The translations under genes were made by a program, and so were the position numbers. The notes under the pieces are model-generated. The model did no database searches. It had not been told where the DNA came from and saw only the letters and a list, made by a program, of their open reading frames with translations. Of a stretch of 64,000 bases of DNA, positions 33,012 through 47,873 are shown piece after piece; positions within the stretch are counted from its first letter, which is position 1, and each line of letters begins with the position of its first letter. This DNA comes from the human T2T-CHM13v2.0 reference genome, Homo sapiens. The stretch is taken from NCBI RefSeq assembly GCF_009914755.1, contig NC_060925.1. One strand, 5' to 3'.

Positions 33012-34019
33012 GTTAACTTTTTTGTTTGTTTGATCTTATGTTCCTTTTGAAAAACATCTTTATTGTTATTTCTGGTGTTCTGGACAAGGGTTATTCAGAT
33101 GCTCTGATAGTGACAAAAAAGGCCTGCAGAGTAAGTCAATAGGGTTGCCCTGTCCTGTTACTAAACCAGGGTAGATATTTGTGGACAGTCTTTTCCAAGA
33201 GAAATCTATATCCTTAAATATTTTCTCTTTGTTTGCCTCCATTTAGCGTGTATTTTTTCATACTTTTCATTTCTGTTTTTTTTCCCATTTTTATTTCATA
33301 TTGTCATTCTGAATAATGGCACCAAAGAATAGCAGCTGTACTTTTTGAAAGCCACTACCTTTGAATCGGTACCTATCTTAAAATATTACCAAGAGTAATT
33401 GAAAGGCAATAAAATAGTATGGGGTGGGGGAGTTCATCATCTTTTTTAGGTTTCTCAATTGCAAAACATTCTTATAAAAATAGATGAAAGTACTACAGGC
33501 ATAAAGTAGTTTCATGATATTGATTTAACCATGGCTGTATGTTCAGCCAGAATTGTAACTGGAAATCTGCATCTTGGAACTGAAAAGCAATGATCTCCAT
33601 ACTTTTTATTTCACTATGACAGTGGTTTCCTTGGCTACCCAGGATATTTTAGACCAGTGAACTGAGGAGGAATGTTCAAGAATTTCCTTCTAGATGACAG
33701 GATCAGTGGTCTCTTTGACCTCCTTTGTGCAGCATTAAATACTGCAAAGTTGTAAATGTAATCACTGATTTATTTATGCCTCCGTTTGTTCTCCAAGAAG
33801 ATTTGAAACAGTAGGTGCAGAAAAAATACTTTTATGGACAGGGAGATTTATAAAACAATAGTATTTTCCTAAATGTCCCTTCCCCCTTTATTACAATGAA
33901 TCTGTTTTAGTTTTTGGACTAGTTTTTTAGTCTCTTCATATAAACAGTAGCCATAAATGCCGTGACTTCATTGCTCTGTCACTGATAGAATATAGAAGGT
34001 GGCCAGGCACAATGGTTCA

Positions 34020-34339
<320 letters not shown>

Positions 34340-34390
34340 TCAGCACTTTGGGAGGCTGAGGCAGGCGGATCACTAGAGGTCAGGAGTTCA

Positions 34391-34695
<305 letters not shown>

Positions 34696-35128
34696 TCAGA
34701 AAATGGCTTAAGAAATTCTAGTAACTTAGGTACACTTCTCTCACTTGCCTCCTCTCCCCCCATGGCTGTCCATTCACTTACGCTTTTTTGTCTCATTCCT
34801 GTTACCCTGTATTATGCCAGGTCATACTGGAGTAAGAAACTGTTGTTACTGATTTGTTTTTTTCCTTGAGACAGGGTCTTGCTCTGTCACCCCAGGCTAG
34901 AGTGCAGTGGCGTGATCACGGCTCACTGCAGCCTCAGTCTCCTGGGCTCAGGCATCCTCCTGCCTTGGCCTCCCAAAGTGCTGGGATTACGAGTGTGAGC
35001 CACCATGCCCAGCCTGATTTTTTTTTTTTTAAGCTTTGATGGACATTCTTGGTGAGAATTGATGTAGCACTTTTGTTCACCCAGCCGTGTGAAAATTCTG
35101 ACTCTGCTGTGTATTTCCAACCTTGCAG

Positions 35129-35259
35129 GTTTTGGTTATCAGTCTGAACTTGAGCTGAGAGTGGCTGAAGCTGCCCGAAGACAATATAACAAGCTGAAGA
35201 TGCAGACCAAGGCAGAAATCCGGCAAACTCTTGATCGTTTGCTAGTGGGTGATTTCATT
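35129..35259 (+). CDS. VPS13D: VPS13D exon 17 (131 nt): FGYQSELELRVAEAARRQ...LLVGDFI
   Basis: ccttgcag|GTTTT ... TTCATT|gtaagt. Confidence 0.95.
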
Positions 35260-35697
35260 GTAAGTGGGCATCCATAAACACTCTTTGGGGATTGGGGAAG
35301 GGGCAGGAATTCTTTCCGTCAAGTCACTACTTACTGTAGATAGGCTTACTTATATCAATTATGCTGACTGAGTAAACTGAAAATATTAAATCCTTATCAG
35401 CTAGCATAGAATAGAATCTTGTGTCTTTTATAGTCAGGGTTTAGCTAATAAAATGAATGACTGTGACTAGATTCTGTGTCTCCTTGCACCAGGATGAGGT
35501 TACTTTCAAGACTCATCTTTGTGCTGGGTGCTATGGCTCACACCTGTAATCCCAGCACTTTGGGAGGCTGAGGTGGGCAGATCACTTGAGGTCAGGAGTT
35601 CGAGACCAGCCTGGCCAACATGGTGAAACCCCATCTCTACTAAAAATACAAGAATTAGCTGGGCATGGTGGTGGGTCCCTGTAATCCCAGCTGCTCA

Positions 35698-35799
<102 letters not shown>

Positions 35800-36526
35800 T
35801 CAAAAAGAAGAAGAAAAAAAAAAGACTCGTGTTTGTTCCATTTTCCAGACCTGATACTTTGTGCATGTTTCATGTGAGAGTTTCTCTTTTTTGCTTACTG
35901 TTACCAGAAGAGACAACTGGAATGATGCCCCAGCTTCTATTCTAGGGTGTGATGATTAGGTACTTTGTGATGCCAAATGGCCAGCTGCCATGAGGATGCC
36001 ATAGATAGGGAGGGCCAAGAGACATCTTCACAGTCCAGTAGGTAGGCTGGGCAAGGTGGCCCATGCCTATAATCCTGGCACTGGGGGAAGCGGAGGTGGG
36101 ATGATCGTTTGAGCTCAGGAGTTCGAGACCAGCCTGGGCAACATAGTGAGACCTTGTCTCTACAAAAAATAAAAAAATTAGCTGGGCCTGGTAGCACATA
36201 CCTGTAGTCCCAGCTGTTCAGGAGGCTGAGGCGGGAGGATTGCTTGAGCCCAGGAATTGGAGGGTGCAGTGAGCTATGATCTGCCCTCTAGCCTGGGTGA
36301 CAGAGTGAGACCTTGTCTCAAGAAATCAAAATAGTCCAGTAAAGCACAGTTTCTCAGGTGACATGGAGGTGCACTGCTACAATACAGCAGCAGGTGGCAC
36401 AGTGAGAAAAAGTGTGGCTTCTTTTGGACAGTGCAGAGTAAGTTATAGGTGTCAGAGAAGCAGAAATGATCCAAGTAAAATGTGGTGTGTAGTATGGGAT
36501 GGAGAATTAGTCCTGTTTTTTGTTTT

Positions 36527-36527
<1 letters not shown>

Positions 36528-36566
<39 letters not shown>
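36528..36566. repeat. (TG)n microsatellite, about 19 units
   Basis: Read directly. Confidence 0.95.
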
Positions 36567-36569
<3 letters not shown>

Positions 36570-37139
36570 CTACATAAAGTATGACAATTAGTATTCTTGT
36601 AAACAAAAGAGGTTTCTTTTTGGTAATGTAAATTAGCTTTTGCCACATACATACAGTTGAGGCTGATTTTGGTTGGAGGGAAGAACAATGAACAAATCAT
36701 GAATTGGTGTGTTATTTATATTTCAAATGTCAAAGCTTATGTTTCTCACTAAGATATTTTGGCATGGAAGTTCATGGTTACCAATGCCCCTGAATAAGTA
36801 AAAATGTTTAGAATTCTATGTTTATTTGAATTCTATAATTTCTATAATCCTTTAAAGTATTAAACCCTGTAAATTAGAAACAAAATCTTTCTTAAGTACA
36901 GACTCTCCCCTATTTAGTTATTTGCTATTTTTTTTCTCCCCTGTTCAGATACTTGTCTGTGGTAATTTCTCAGATCCTCAAGCATTTACATCTACTTTTG
37001 TCTTAGACTTTTTGCTGTAATACATTAGATCACTGAGTCACTCCATAATCCTAGCTGCAGCTTCCAGAAATGCTTGAGCACCATGGATAAAGCTGTTGGG
37101 TTTCGGCAGTTATGGTTAATGACTGTTTTATTTGTACAG

Positions 37140-37272
37140 GAGGAGAGTAAACGATGGACCGTGCGGCTGGATATTTCTGCCCCTCAGGTGATATTTCCTG
37201 ATGATTTCAAATTCAAGAATCCTGTGTTAGTTGTCGTGGATCTAGGAAGAATGCTTTTGACGAACACCCAAG
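37140..37272 (+). CDS. VPS13D: VPS13D exon 18 (133 nt): EESKRWTVRLDISAPQVIFP...VVDLGRMLLTNTQ(D)
   Basis: ttgtacag|GAGGAG ... CAAG|gtatag; typical VPS13 AP-x-I-x-P...DLG repeat motif. Confidence 0.96.
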
Positions 37273-37287
37273 GTATAGTGTGAGTGG

Positions 37288-37544
37288 GAAATAATGAAAA
37301 CCTGCCTTGGTAGATGGATGATCTATCTATGATTATCTAAGTAAAGCTTAATAAAATGTTTATGTAACATTTTTATATGTAACATTTTTAAACTTCAAGG
37401 TTCATCTGTAACTTTTTAAATAATGAAATAATGAAAACATATCTTGGTAGATCGACCTGTCTATGATTATCTAAGTAAAGCTTAATAAAATGTTTACATA
37501 ACATTTTAAGACCTGAGGGTTCACTTGTTACTTTTAAAATAATA

Positions 37545-37545
<1 letters not shown>
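37288..37545. repeat. Diverged tandem duplication (about 120-137 bp units) just after the exon 18 donor
   Basis: gaaataatgaaaac...cttggtagat...tctatgattatctaagtaaagcttaataaaatgttta occurs at about 37288 and 37425. Confidence 0.88.
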
Positions 37546-39701
<2,156 letters not shown>

Positions 39702-39961
39702 TCAGCAGGTGGCGCTCATGTCAGGGGGCCTCCAGCTTTTTTCGTGTCCATACTTTTTTATATTTGTGTTTTGATTTCCAAATTTATAGGTAAATTCACA
39801 CTTAGAAAATGGTAAACAAAGATATTATGCTTAAGAGTTTTCCTCAGTTTTCTTAAACAAACTGGGGTTGGTTGATTCTCTACCTTTCATAATTATTACA
39901 TTAAGGGAAAGAGGAGGGAAATAGCAGACATATATTTGAATCTTCTTTTTTTTATCTTCAG

Positions 39962-42175
39962 ATAACTCCAGGAGGAAAAGTAGGGATGGGTCAGCATCTG
40001 AAGAGACCCAGTTTAGTGATGATGAATATAAGACCCCCCTGGCCACACCTCCTAACACCCCACCTCCCGAGTCAAGCAGCAGCAACGGAGAGAAAACACC
40101 TCCCTTTTCTGGAGTTGAGTTCAGTGAAGAACAGCTTCAAGCACATTTAATGAGCACAAAGATGTATGAGAGGTACTCGCTGTCATTTATGGACCTCCAG
40201 ATCATGGTTGGACGAGTGAAAGACAATTGGAAGCATGTCCAGGATATTGACGTGGGACCAACACATGTGGTAGAGAAGTTCAACGTTCACCTACAGTTAG
40301 AGCGTCGATTGATTTATACTTCAGATCCCAAATATCCAGGAGCCGTGCTCTCAGGCAACTTACCAGACTTAAAAATCCACATTAATGAAGATAAAATATC
40401 TGCACTAAAGAATTGCTTTGCTCTCCTCACCACCCCAGAAATGAAAACTTCTGACACTCAGATTAAAGAAAAGATTTTTCCCCAGGAGGAGCAGCGGGGA
40501 AGTTTGCAAGACTCCGTAATGAATTTAACCCAGAGCATTGTGTTGTTGGAGCAGCATACCCGCGAGGTTCTGGTGGAGTCGCAGCTCCTCCTGGCGGAAT
40601 TTAAAGTGAACTGTATGCAGCTTGGTGTTGAGAGCAATGGCCGGTACATTTCTGTGCTCAAGGTGTTTGGTACCAATGCTCACTTTGTGAAGAGGCCTTA
40701 TGATGCTGAAGTCTCCCTAACTGTTCATGGTTTGCTCCTGGTGGATACCATGCAGACATATGGTGCTGATTTTGACCTTTTGATGGCTTCACATAAGAAC
40801 TTGAGCTTTGATATTCCAACGGGAAGCCTTCGGGATAGCAGGGCCCAGTCTCCTGTCTCTGGACCGAATGTGGCCCACTTAACTGATGGAGCTACACTGA
40901 ACGACCGATCAGCTACTAGTGTTTCACTTGACAAAATTCTTACCAAAGAGCAAGAGTCCCTTATTAAGTTGGAATATCAGTTTGTGAGTTCAGAGTGCCC
41001 ATCGATGAATTTAGACAGTACTCTTCAGGTGATTTCCCTACAGGTGAATAATTTAGATATTATCCTCAATCCAGAGACGATTGTGGAGCTAATTGGTTTT
41101 CTTCAAAAATCCTTTCCCAAGGAAAAAGATGATTTAAGTCCTCAACCTTTAATGACTGATTTTGAAAGAAGCTTCAGAGAACAAGGAACTTACCAGTCTA
41201 CATATGAACAAAACACTGAGGTTGCAGTGGAAATCCATAGGCTGAACTTACTGCTTCTTCGGACAGTGGGCATGGCAAATAGAGAGAAATATGGCAGAAA
41301 AATTGCAACTGCAAGTATAGGTGGCACCAAAGTTAATGTCTCAATGGGTAGCACGTTTGACATGAATGGTTCTCTTGGCTGTTTACAGCTTATGGATTTG
41401 ACACAAGATAACGTTAAAAACCAGTATGTTGTCAGCATTGGGAATTCTGTAGGCTATGAAAATATCATCAGTGATATTGGCTACTTTGAATCTGTGTTTG
41501 TCAGAATGGAAGATGCAGCCCTCACTGAAGCTTTGAGTTTCACGTTTGTTGAGAGATCTAAACAGGAGTGTTTTCTCAACCTGAAGATGGCTTCTTTACA
41601 TTATAACCACTCTGCTAAGTTTTTGAAGGAGTTGACGTTATCCATGGATGAACTGGAAGAAAATTTTCGAGGTATGCTGAAAAGCGCAGCCACCAAAGTC
41701 ACCACAGTACTAGCTACCAAGACTGCCGAGTATAGCGAGATGGTATCGCTCTTTGAAACTCCAAGGAAGACTCGGGAACCCTTTATCTTAGAGGAAAATG
41801 AAATATATGGGTTTGACCTAGCTTCGTCTCATTTGGACACTGTAAAGCTAATCTTGAACATAAACATTGAATCACCAGTTGTTTCTATCCCTCGGAAGCC
41901 GGGGAGTCCTGAGTTGTTGGTGGGACACTTGGGACAGATATTCATCCAGAATTTTGTGGCGGGAGATGATGAATCCAGAAGTGACCGTCTGCAGGTGGAA
42001 ATCAAGGACATTAAACTGTATTCTTTGAATTGCACCCAGTTGGCAGGTAGAGAAGCTGTTGGGTCTGAAGGAAGCCGGATGTTTTGCCCACCTTCCGGGT
42101 CTGGCAGTGCCAACAGTCAGGAGGAAGCTCATTTCACACGACATGATTTCTTTGAATCTTTGCATAGAGGTCAAG
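39962..42175 (+). CDS. VPS13D: VPS13D exon 19 (2214 nt, 738 codons, about aa 746-1484), containing the phospho-FFAT region
   Basis: tatcttcag|ATAAC ... GGTCAAG|gtgagg; covers most of ORF 40150..42261; phase 1-1. Confidence 0.97.
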
Positions 42176-42426
42176 GTGAGGAGCATCAGTCTTTTGTTCT
42201 ATTTTGTTTAATGATTGAAAACCCAGCTCACGGAGTCCTTTGCGTAAAACAGCAACAATAAAATCCTTTTCTTTTAGAATAATCCTCAGTTAATATTTAA
42301 GAAATCAAAGAGTTTTAATAGAATGCCTTGTAGTAGGTTGGCATGTTTTCACCCTTTTCCATTTAATGTCATATTTGACAAAACAGGAATTTACTTACTT
42401 TTATTTTTATTTTTTTGGTTTTTTGA

Positions 42427-42648
<222 letters not shown>

Positions 42649-43635
42649 TGATCTGCCTGCCTCGGCCTCCCAAAGTGTTGGGATTACAAGTGTGACCAGC
42701 CGCGCCCAGGCAGGAATTTATTTTTTTGAAGTGTTCCAGCTTGAAACTGTATGAGTGCTCATTTACAGAGATGCTTCAGTGGATGGATGTTGTTAAAGTA
42801 TTGTTTAATTTGGTCAAATATATCTGATTTTCTGTTCCCAAGCTGTCGATCCTTCCTAGTTAAACATTTTAGCCCAAGATGCCTCAAGGGGTTGATGTAA
42901 ATAGTTTGTGGATATTATCTTCTTTAATATTCTGCCATCTTCTTCTATAATGGGTTGGTCCAAGGTTCTAAGAATAAAAGCTTATGTTTGTATTCTGGAT
43001 CTGATCAGCTAAAACCAAACAGTCCAATCTGTTGGTCTTGGCACGCAGAGATCAGGTAAGTCCTAGAGCACGCCTTTATTTATTGGTGATGAAATTAATG
43101 CCTTTGAGAACTTACCCTTCTGTGGTCATCAGATGTTAATTCACTGATTTGTTTTTATACTTATCAAAAGATAGCTTTCTCTGCTTGGATAAAAGTTGTT
43201 TACTTAGAACTTGTATTGTCCTAGATTCTGATTTAGGCCTAATAAGAGGGATACATCTGTATCTGAAAGCTAGGTAAGGATGAATAATTCGGTTTGGAAA
43301 ATGCCAGCTTGGGTGGCTCAGAGAAGCATAATGTAGTCTCTGGACTGGAATAATGTTCACCACATCGTGCTTTGAAGCTACCAAGTGGAGCATGTGATGA
43401 AAATATTGTTTCTTTTTTTGTGTAAATGTATCTTGTACCTCAGCTTGCTATGAGTTTTGGCCTCAGGATAGCTGTCAAGGTTTGCTCTCAATCATAGACC
43501 CCGGGTGCCAGGCTAACCTGCCCTCCTGGTCTAAGTGTAACTCATGGGCTGTATTTTGTATATTCTACGTTTAATCAGCAGTAATGAAGTAAATATTAAG
43601 GTTTATGGTCTATCATTTCATCTCTTTTATGCCAG

Positions 43636-43787
43636 CTTTTCACATCCTGAACAACACCACCATTCAGTTTAAACTGGAGAAGATCCCTATAGAGAGAGAA
43701 TCTGAATTGACTTTTTCTCTTAGCCCAGATGACCTGGGAACTTCTAGCATCATGAAGATTGAAGGAAAATTTGTCAATCCAGTTCAG
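43636..43787 (+). CDS. VPS13D: VPS13D exon 20 (152 nt): FHILNNTTIQFKLEK...KFVNPVQ
   Basis: tatgccag|CTTTT ... GTTCAG|gtaaat. Confidence 0.95.
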
Positions 43788-46006
43788 GTAAATTCATGTC
43801 AGGGCAGTTGAAGTCATATGTTTATATTAGTACTCTATAAATATGATATATATTTATGTATATTACATGTTGGAAGGAATATATATTTTCAAAGATATAT
43901 CACCCATGCATAATACCATTGTTGAAACCTTGTTCCAATAATTGTGGAATCCTTTTGTCATGGGGAATCCGTCTTGTCAGCCTTTTTCATATGGAGGAGG
44001 GGTGGGTTATCTAGAGGAAGACGGCAGATTCTTAATTCCATTGACATTCAGAAATGGGGAAATGATTGCTTACAAAGTCAGAGTCTCCTTTCCCAGGAGG
44101 ATATCATTCTTGTCACACTTAGACATACTTAACACAGCCAGTGAAACATTGTGATCATCTGAGCTGTGGACAGATCCTTTCAACAGAGAATTAGTCCTGC
44201 CCTCTCTGAAATGAAATGGGCCAGGATAGGGATTTCTTTTTTTATGGGCATGCATGTATGTATACACCTTTTCTTTTTTTTCCTTCAAAAGTGTCATTTT
44301 CCCTGATTTCACAGGGACGAGAGCAAAGAGTAGTACATTATAAAACAGCAGTGACAGGCAGGCTCTTAGGACGGTCTGTGGTCTGTGTCTGGCACAACAG
44401 TAGTTGGTCTGTGTCTGGCAGCTGTTCTGGAGTAACCCAGGAGTGCTGTTGATGGAGTGGGCCTGCCTTTTGACATTTGTGGTTCCTCCCAGGGGTCTCT
44501 GGGACCCCTGAGAGAACTACTCCAAAGCTTTCCCTTCTCAGACTAAGCTTTTGCCCCATCAGTGGTAGCTACCAGGACAAATTTTTCACCTTAAATCTAG
44601 CATGTGATGTAAATTCTATTGGATTATGTTGACTTACTTTTTTTTTTTTTTTTTTGAGACGGAGTCTCAGGCTACAGTGCCAGTGGTGTGATCTTGGCTC
44701 ATTGCAACCTCTGCCTCCCAGATTCAAGCAGTTCTGCTGCTTCAGCCTCCTGGGTAGCTGTGATTACAGGCATTCGCCACCACACTGGCTAATTTTTGTA
44801 TTTTTAGTAGAGACGGGGTTTCACCACATTGGCCAGGCTGGTCTTGAACTCCTTGCTTCAAGTGATCCTCCTGCCTTGGCCCCCGAAAGTGCTGGGATTA
44901 CAGGTGTGTGCCACCATGCCCGGCCTATGTTGACTTATTTTTATGGTTACCATTGACTTAACTGTTGTTTTGATGAAAATCTTAAAAACGTTATTGTAGA
45001 TAATTCTTTCTTTAAAAATAATTAAGATAATTATTTGAATTCTTTAATAATTGATTAGTAATTAATTTAATAATTTAATTTTTTAAAAAGTTGATTATGA
45101 AAGAATGTAAGCCTATACAAAAGTGGAATAGTCTAATGAGCTTTATGTGCCCATCACTCTGATTCCACTTATGAAGATTTTGCCACATTTGTTTTATCTA
45201 TTTTTTTTTTTTTTGGTGAAATATTTTAAGGTAAATCCCAGATGTCATGCCATTATCACCCCTATGTATTTAGAGTGTATTTCCAAAAACTAGGTGCTTC
45301 TTCTTACATAACCACAGTGGTATTTCATGCCTTACAAAATTAATGAGCATTCTTTGATACTATCTAGTCGATTTTCAGATTTCAGAAATATTTTGGATCA
45401 TTTCAAAAATGTCTTTGTTTTGGGTTTGTTGGAATCAGGATACAGACAATTGGAAGCATTGCATTTGGGTGATACATTGTGTAGGTCTCTGTTCATCTAG
45501 TTTCCCTCTCTTTTTTGTCCCCCCATGTCGTATTTTGTTGTGGAACTAAGTCAGTTGTCCTGTGGAATGTCCCACTTTCTGGATTTGGCTGTTCGTGTGC
45601 CACTTAATTTGTTCTCCCACATATTTCCTGTAAAATCTATAGAACAGGTTTAGTTCTATAGGTTTGACTGGATTCGGGTTTCTTTTTTGGCAGGGGAGTT
45701 GGGAGGTAGACTTCAGGTAGGTGGTGCTGTATACTTCATATTACTTTATATCAGGAGGCACATAATCAGGTCTTTTTTCTCTCTTATTGATGTTAAAGTG
45801 GATAATTGTATTTAGGTGGCAAGAGCCTTGATTTCTCCATTGCAAAATTCCCTGTCAGTCATTCACATAATGGTTTATTCCACTAATGAACTTCGATGGC
45901 ACACATTATTTAATTAGGGGTTACAAAATGGTCACTTTTTCTAATTCCATCATTATTTCTGTATCTATTGGTTGGAATTCTTCTGTTAAAAATTGCCCTT
46001 CATTAA

Positions 46007-46352
<346 letters not shown>

Positions 46353-46841
46353 TAAAAATGAAGCAAAGGAGAAAGGAAACATAACTAATCATGGATCATC
46401 ATCATTTTTATCTAAAAAGTACTACCAGTACTAAACATTGGCTGTTACTCTAACTGGTGATGATCAGCCAGTTTTAGAACCATGAACCTTGTTTCTCAAT
46501 CCTGTGGTGTATCCACGCCAGACTTTTGTCAACACTCTTCAGTTTCTGCATTCATTTTTGTGGGGTCAGAAAAAGTGACTTTGTTGATTCAGGCATAATC
46601 CGCAGTACTTATTGAACTCTTATTGTATGTAGATTATTGTGTAGGGTGCTGAGGGAGGGCCTTGTGAACAGAAGTGGGTCATAAAGAGGTAAGGACAAAA
46701 TAAATGAAAAGAGATAGTCTTTGCTATCAGGTAACTTACAGCCTCATGTAGGAATCATGTGGCAACTGTAGACATTTATGGGCATTACATCTACGTGCAT
46801 TTAATAATAAGAGTAACTGAATTTTTCTCTTTTCAATACAG

Positions 46842-47873
46842 GTGGTGTTAGCAAAGCATGTATATGAGCAGGTTTTACAAACCCTGGACAATCTCGTGTA
46901 CAGTGAAGATCTGAATAAGTATCCAGCCAGTGCTACCTCCTCCCCTTGCCCTGATTCTCCTCTGCCTCCCCTCAGTACCTGTGGAGAATCTTCTGTTGAA
47001 AGGAAGGAGAATGGATTGTTCAGCCACTCCAGCCTTTCTAACACCTCTCAGAAGTCATTGTCAGTGAAGGAAGTCAAATCCTTTACTCAGATTCAAGCCA
47101 CCTTTTGTATATCAGAGCTTCAGGTTCAGCTAAGTGGAGATCTGACTTTGGGGGCCCAAGGTCTTGTGAGCTTAAAGTTTCAGGACTTTGAGGTGGAATT
47201 CAGTAAAGACCATCCCCAGACTTTATCTATTCAGATTGCCCTGCATTCTCTGCTGATGGAGGACTTATTGGAGAAGAATCCAGATTCTAAATATAAGAAC
47301 CTGATGGTGTCTCGAGGAGCCCCTAAGCCATCTAGTTTAGCACAAAAAGAATACCTTTCTCAGTCTTGCCCCTCAGTGTCCAATGTGGAATATCCTGATA
47401 TGCCTCGGTCTCTCCCTTCCCACATGGAAGAAGCTCCTAATGTCTTCCAGTTGTATCAAAGGCCCACCTCTGCGTCCCGGAAAAAGCAAAAGGAAGTCCA
47501 AGACAAGGACTATCCCTTGACCCCACCTCCTTCTCCAACAGTGGATGAGCCCAAGATACTTGTTGGAAAGAGTAAATTTGATGATTCCTTAGTCCACATC
47601 AACATATTCTTGGTAGATAAGAAACATCCAGAATTCTCTTCCAGTTACAATCGAGTTAACCGGAGCATTGATGTTGATTTTAATTGCTTGGATGTGCTGA
47701 TCACACTGCAAACCTGGGTTGTGATATTAGACTTTTTTGGAATCGGCTCCACTGCAGACAACCACGCAATGAGGCTGCCTCCTGAGGGCATTCTGCACAA
47801 CGTGAAGTTGGAGCCACATGCCTCCATGGAGTCTGGACTTCAGGATCCAGTGAACACCAAACTGGATCTCAAG
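46842..47873 (+). CDS. VPS13D: VPS13D exon 21 (1032 nt, 344 codons): VVLAKHVYEQ...NTKLDLK
   Basis: caatacag|GTGGTG ... CTCAAG|gtatcc; ORF 46842..47909; phase 0-0. Confidence 0.96.

Noticed and set aside
40150-42261. Stand-alone 703-aa intronless gene
   Set aside because: It is the bulk of VPS13D exon 19. The frame is open upstream to the acceptor at 39962 and a GT donor follows 42175.
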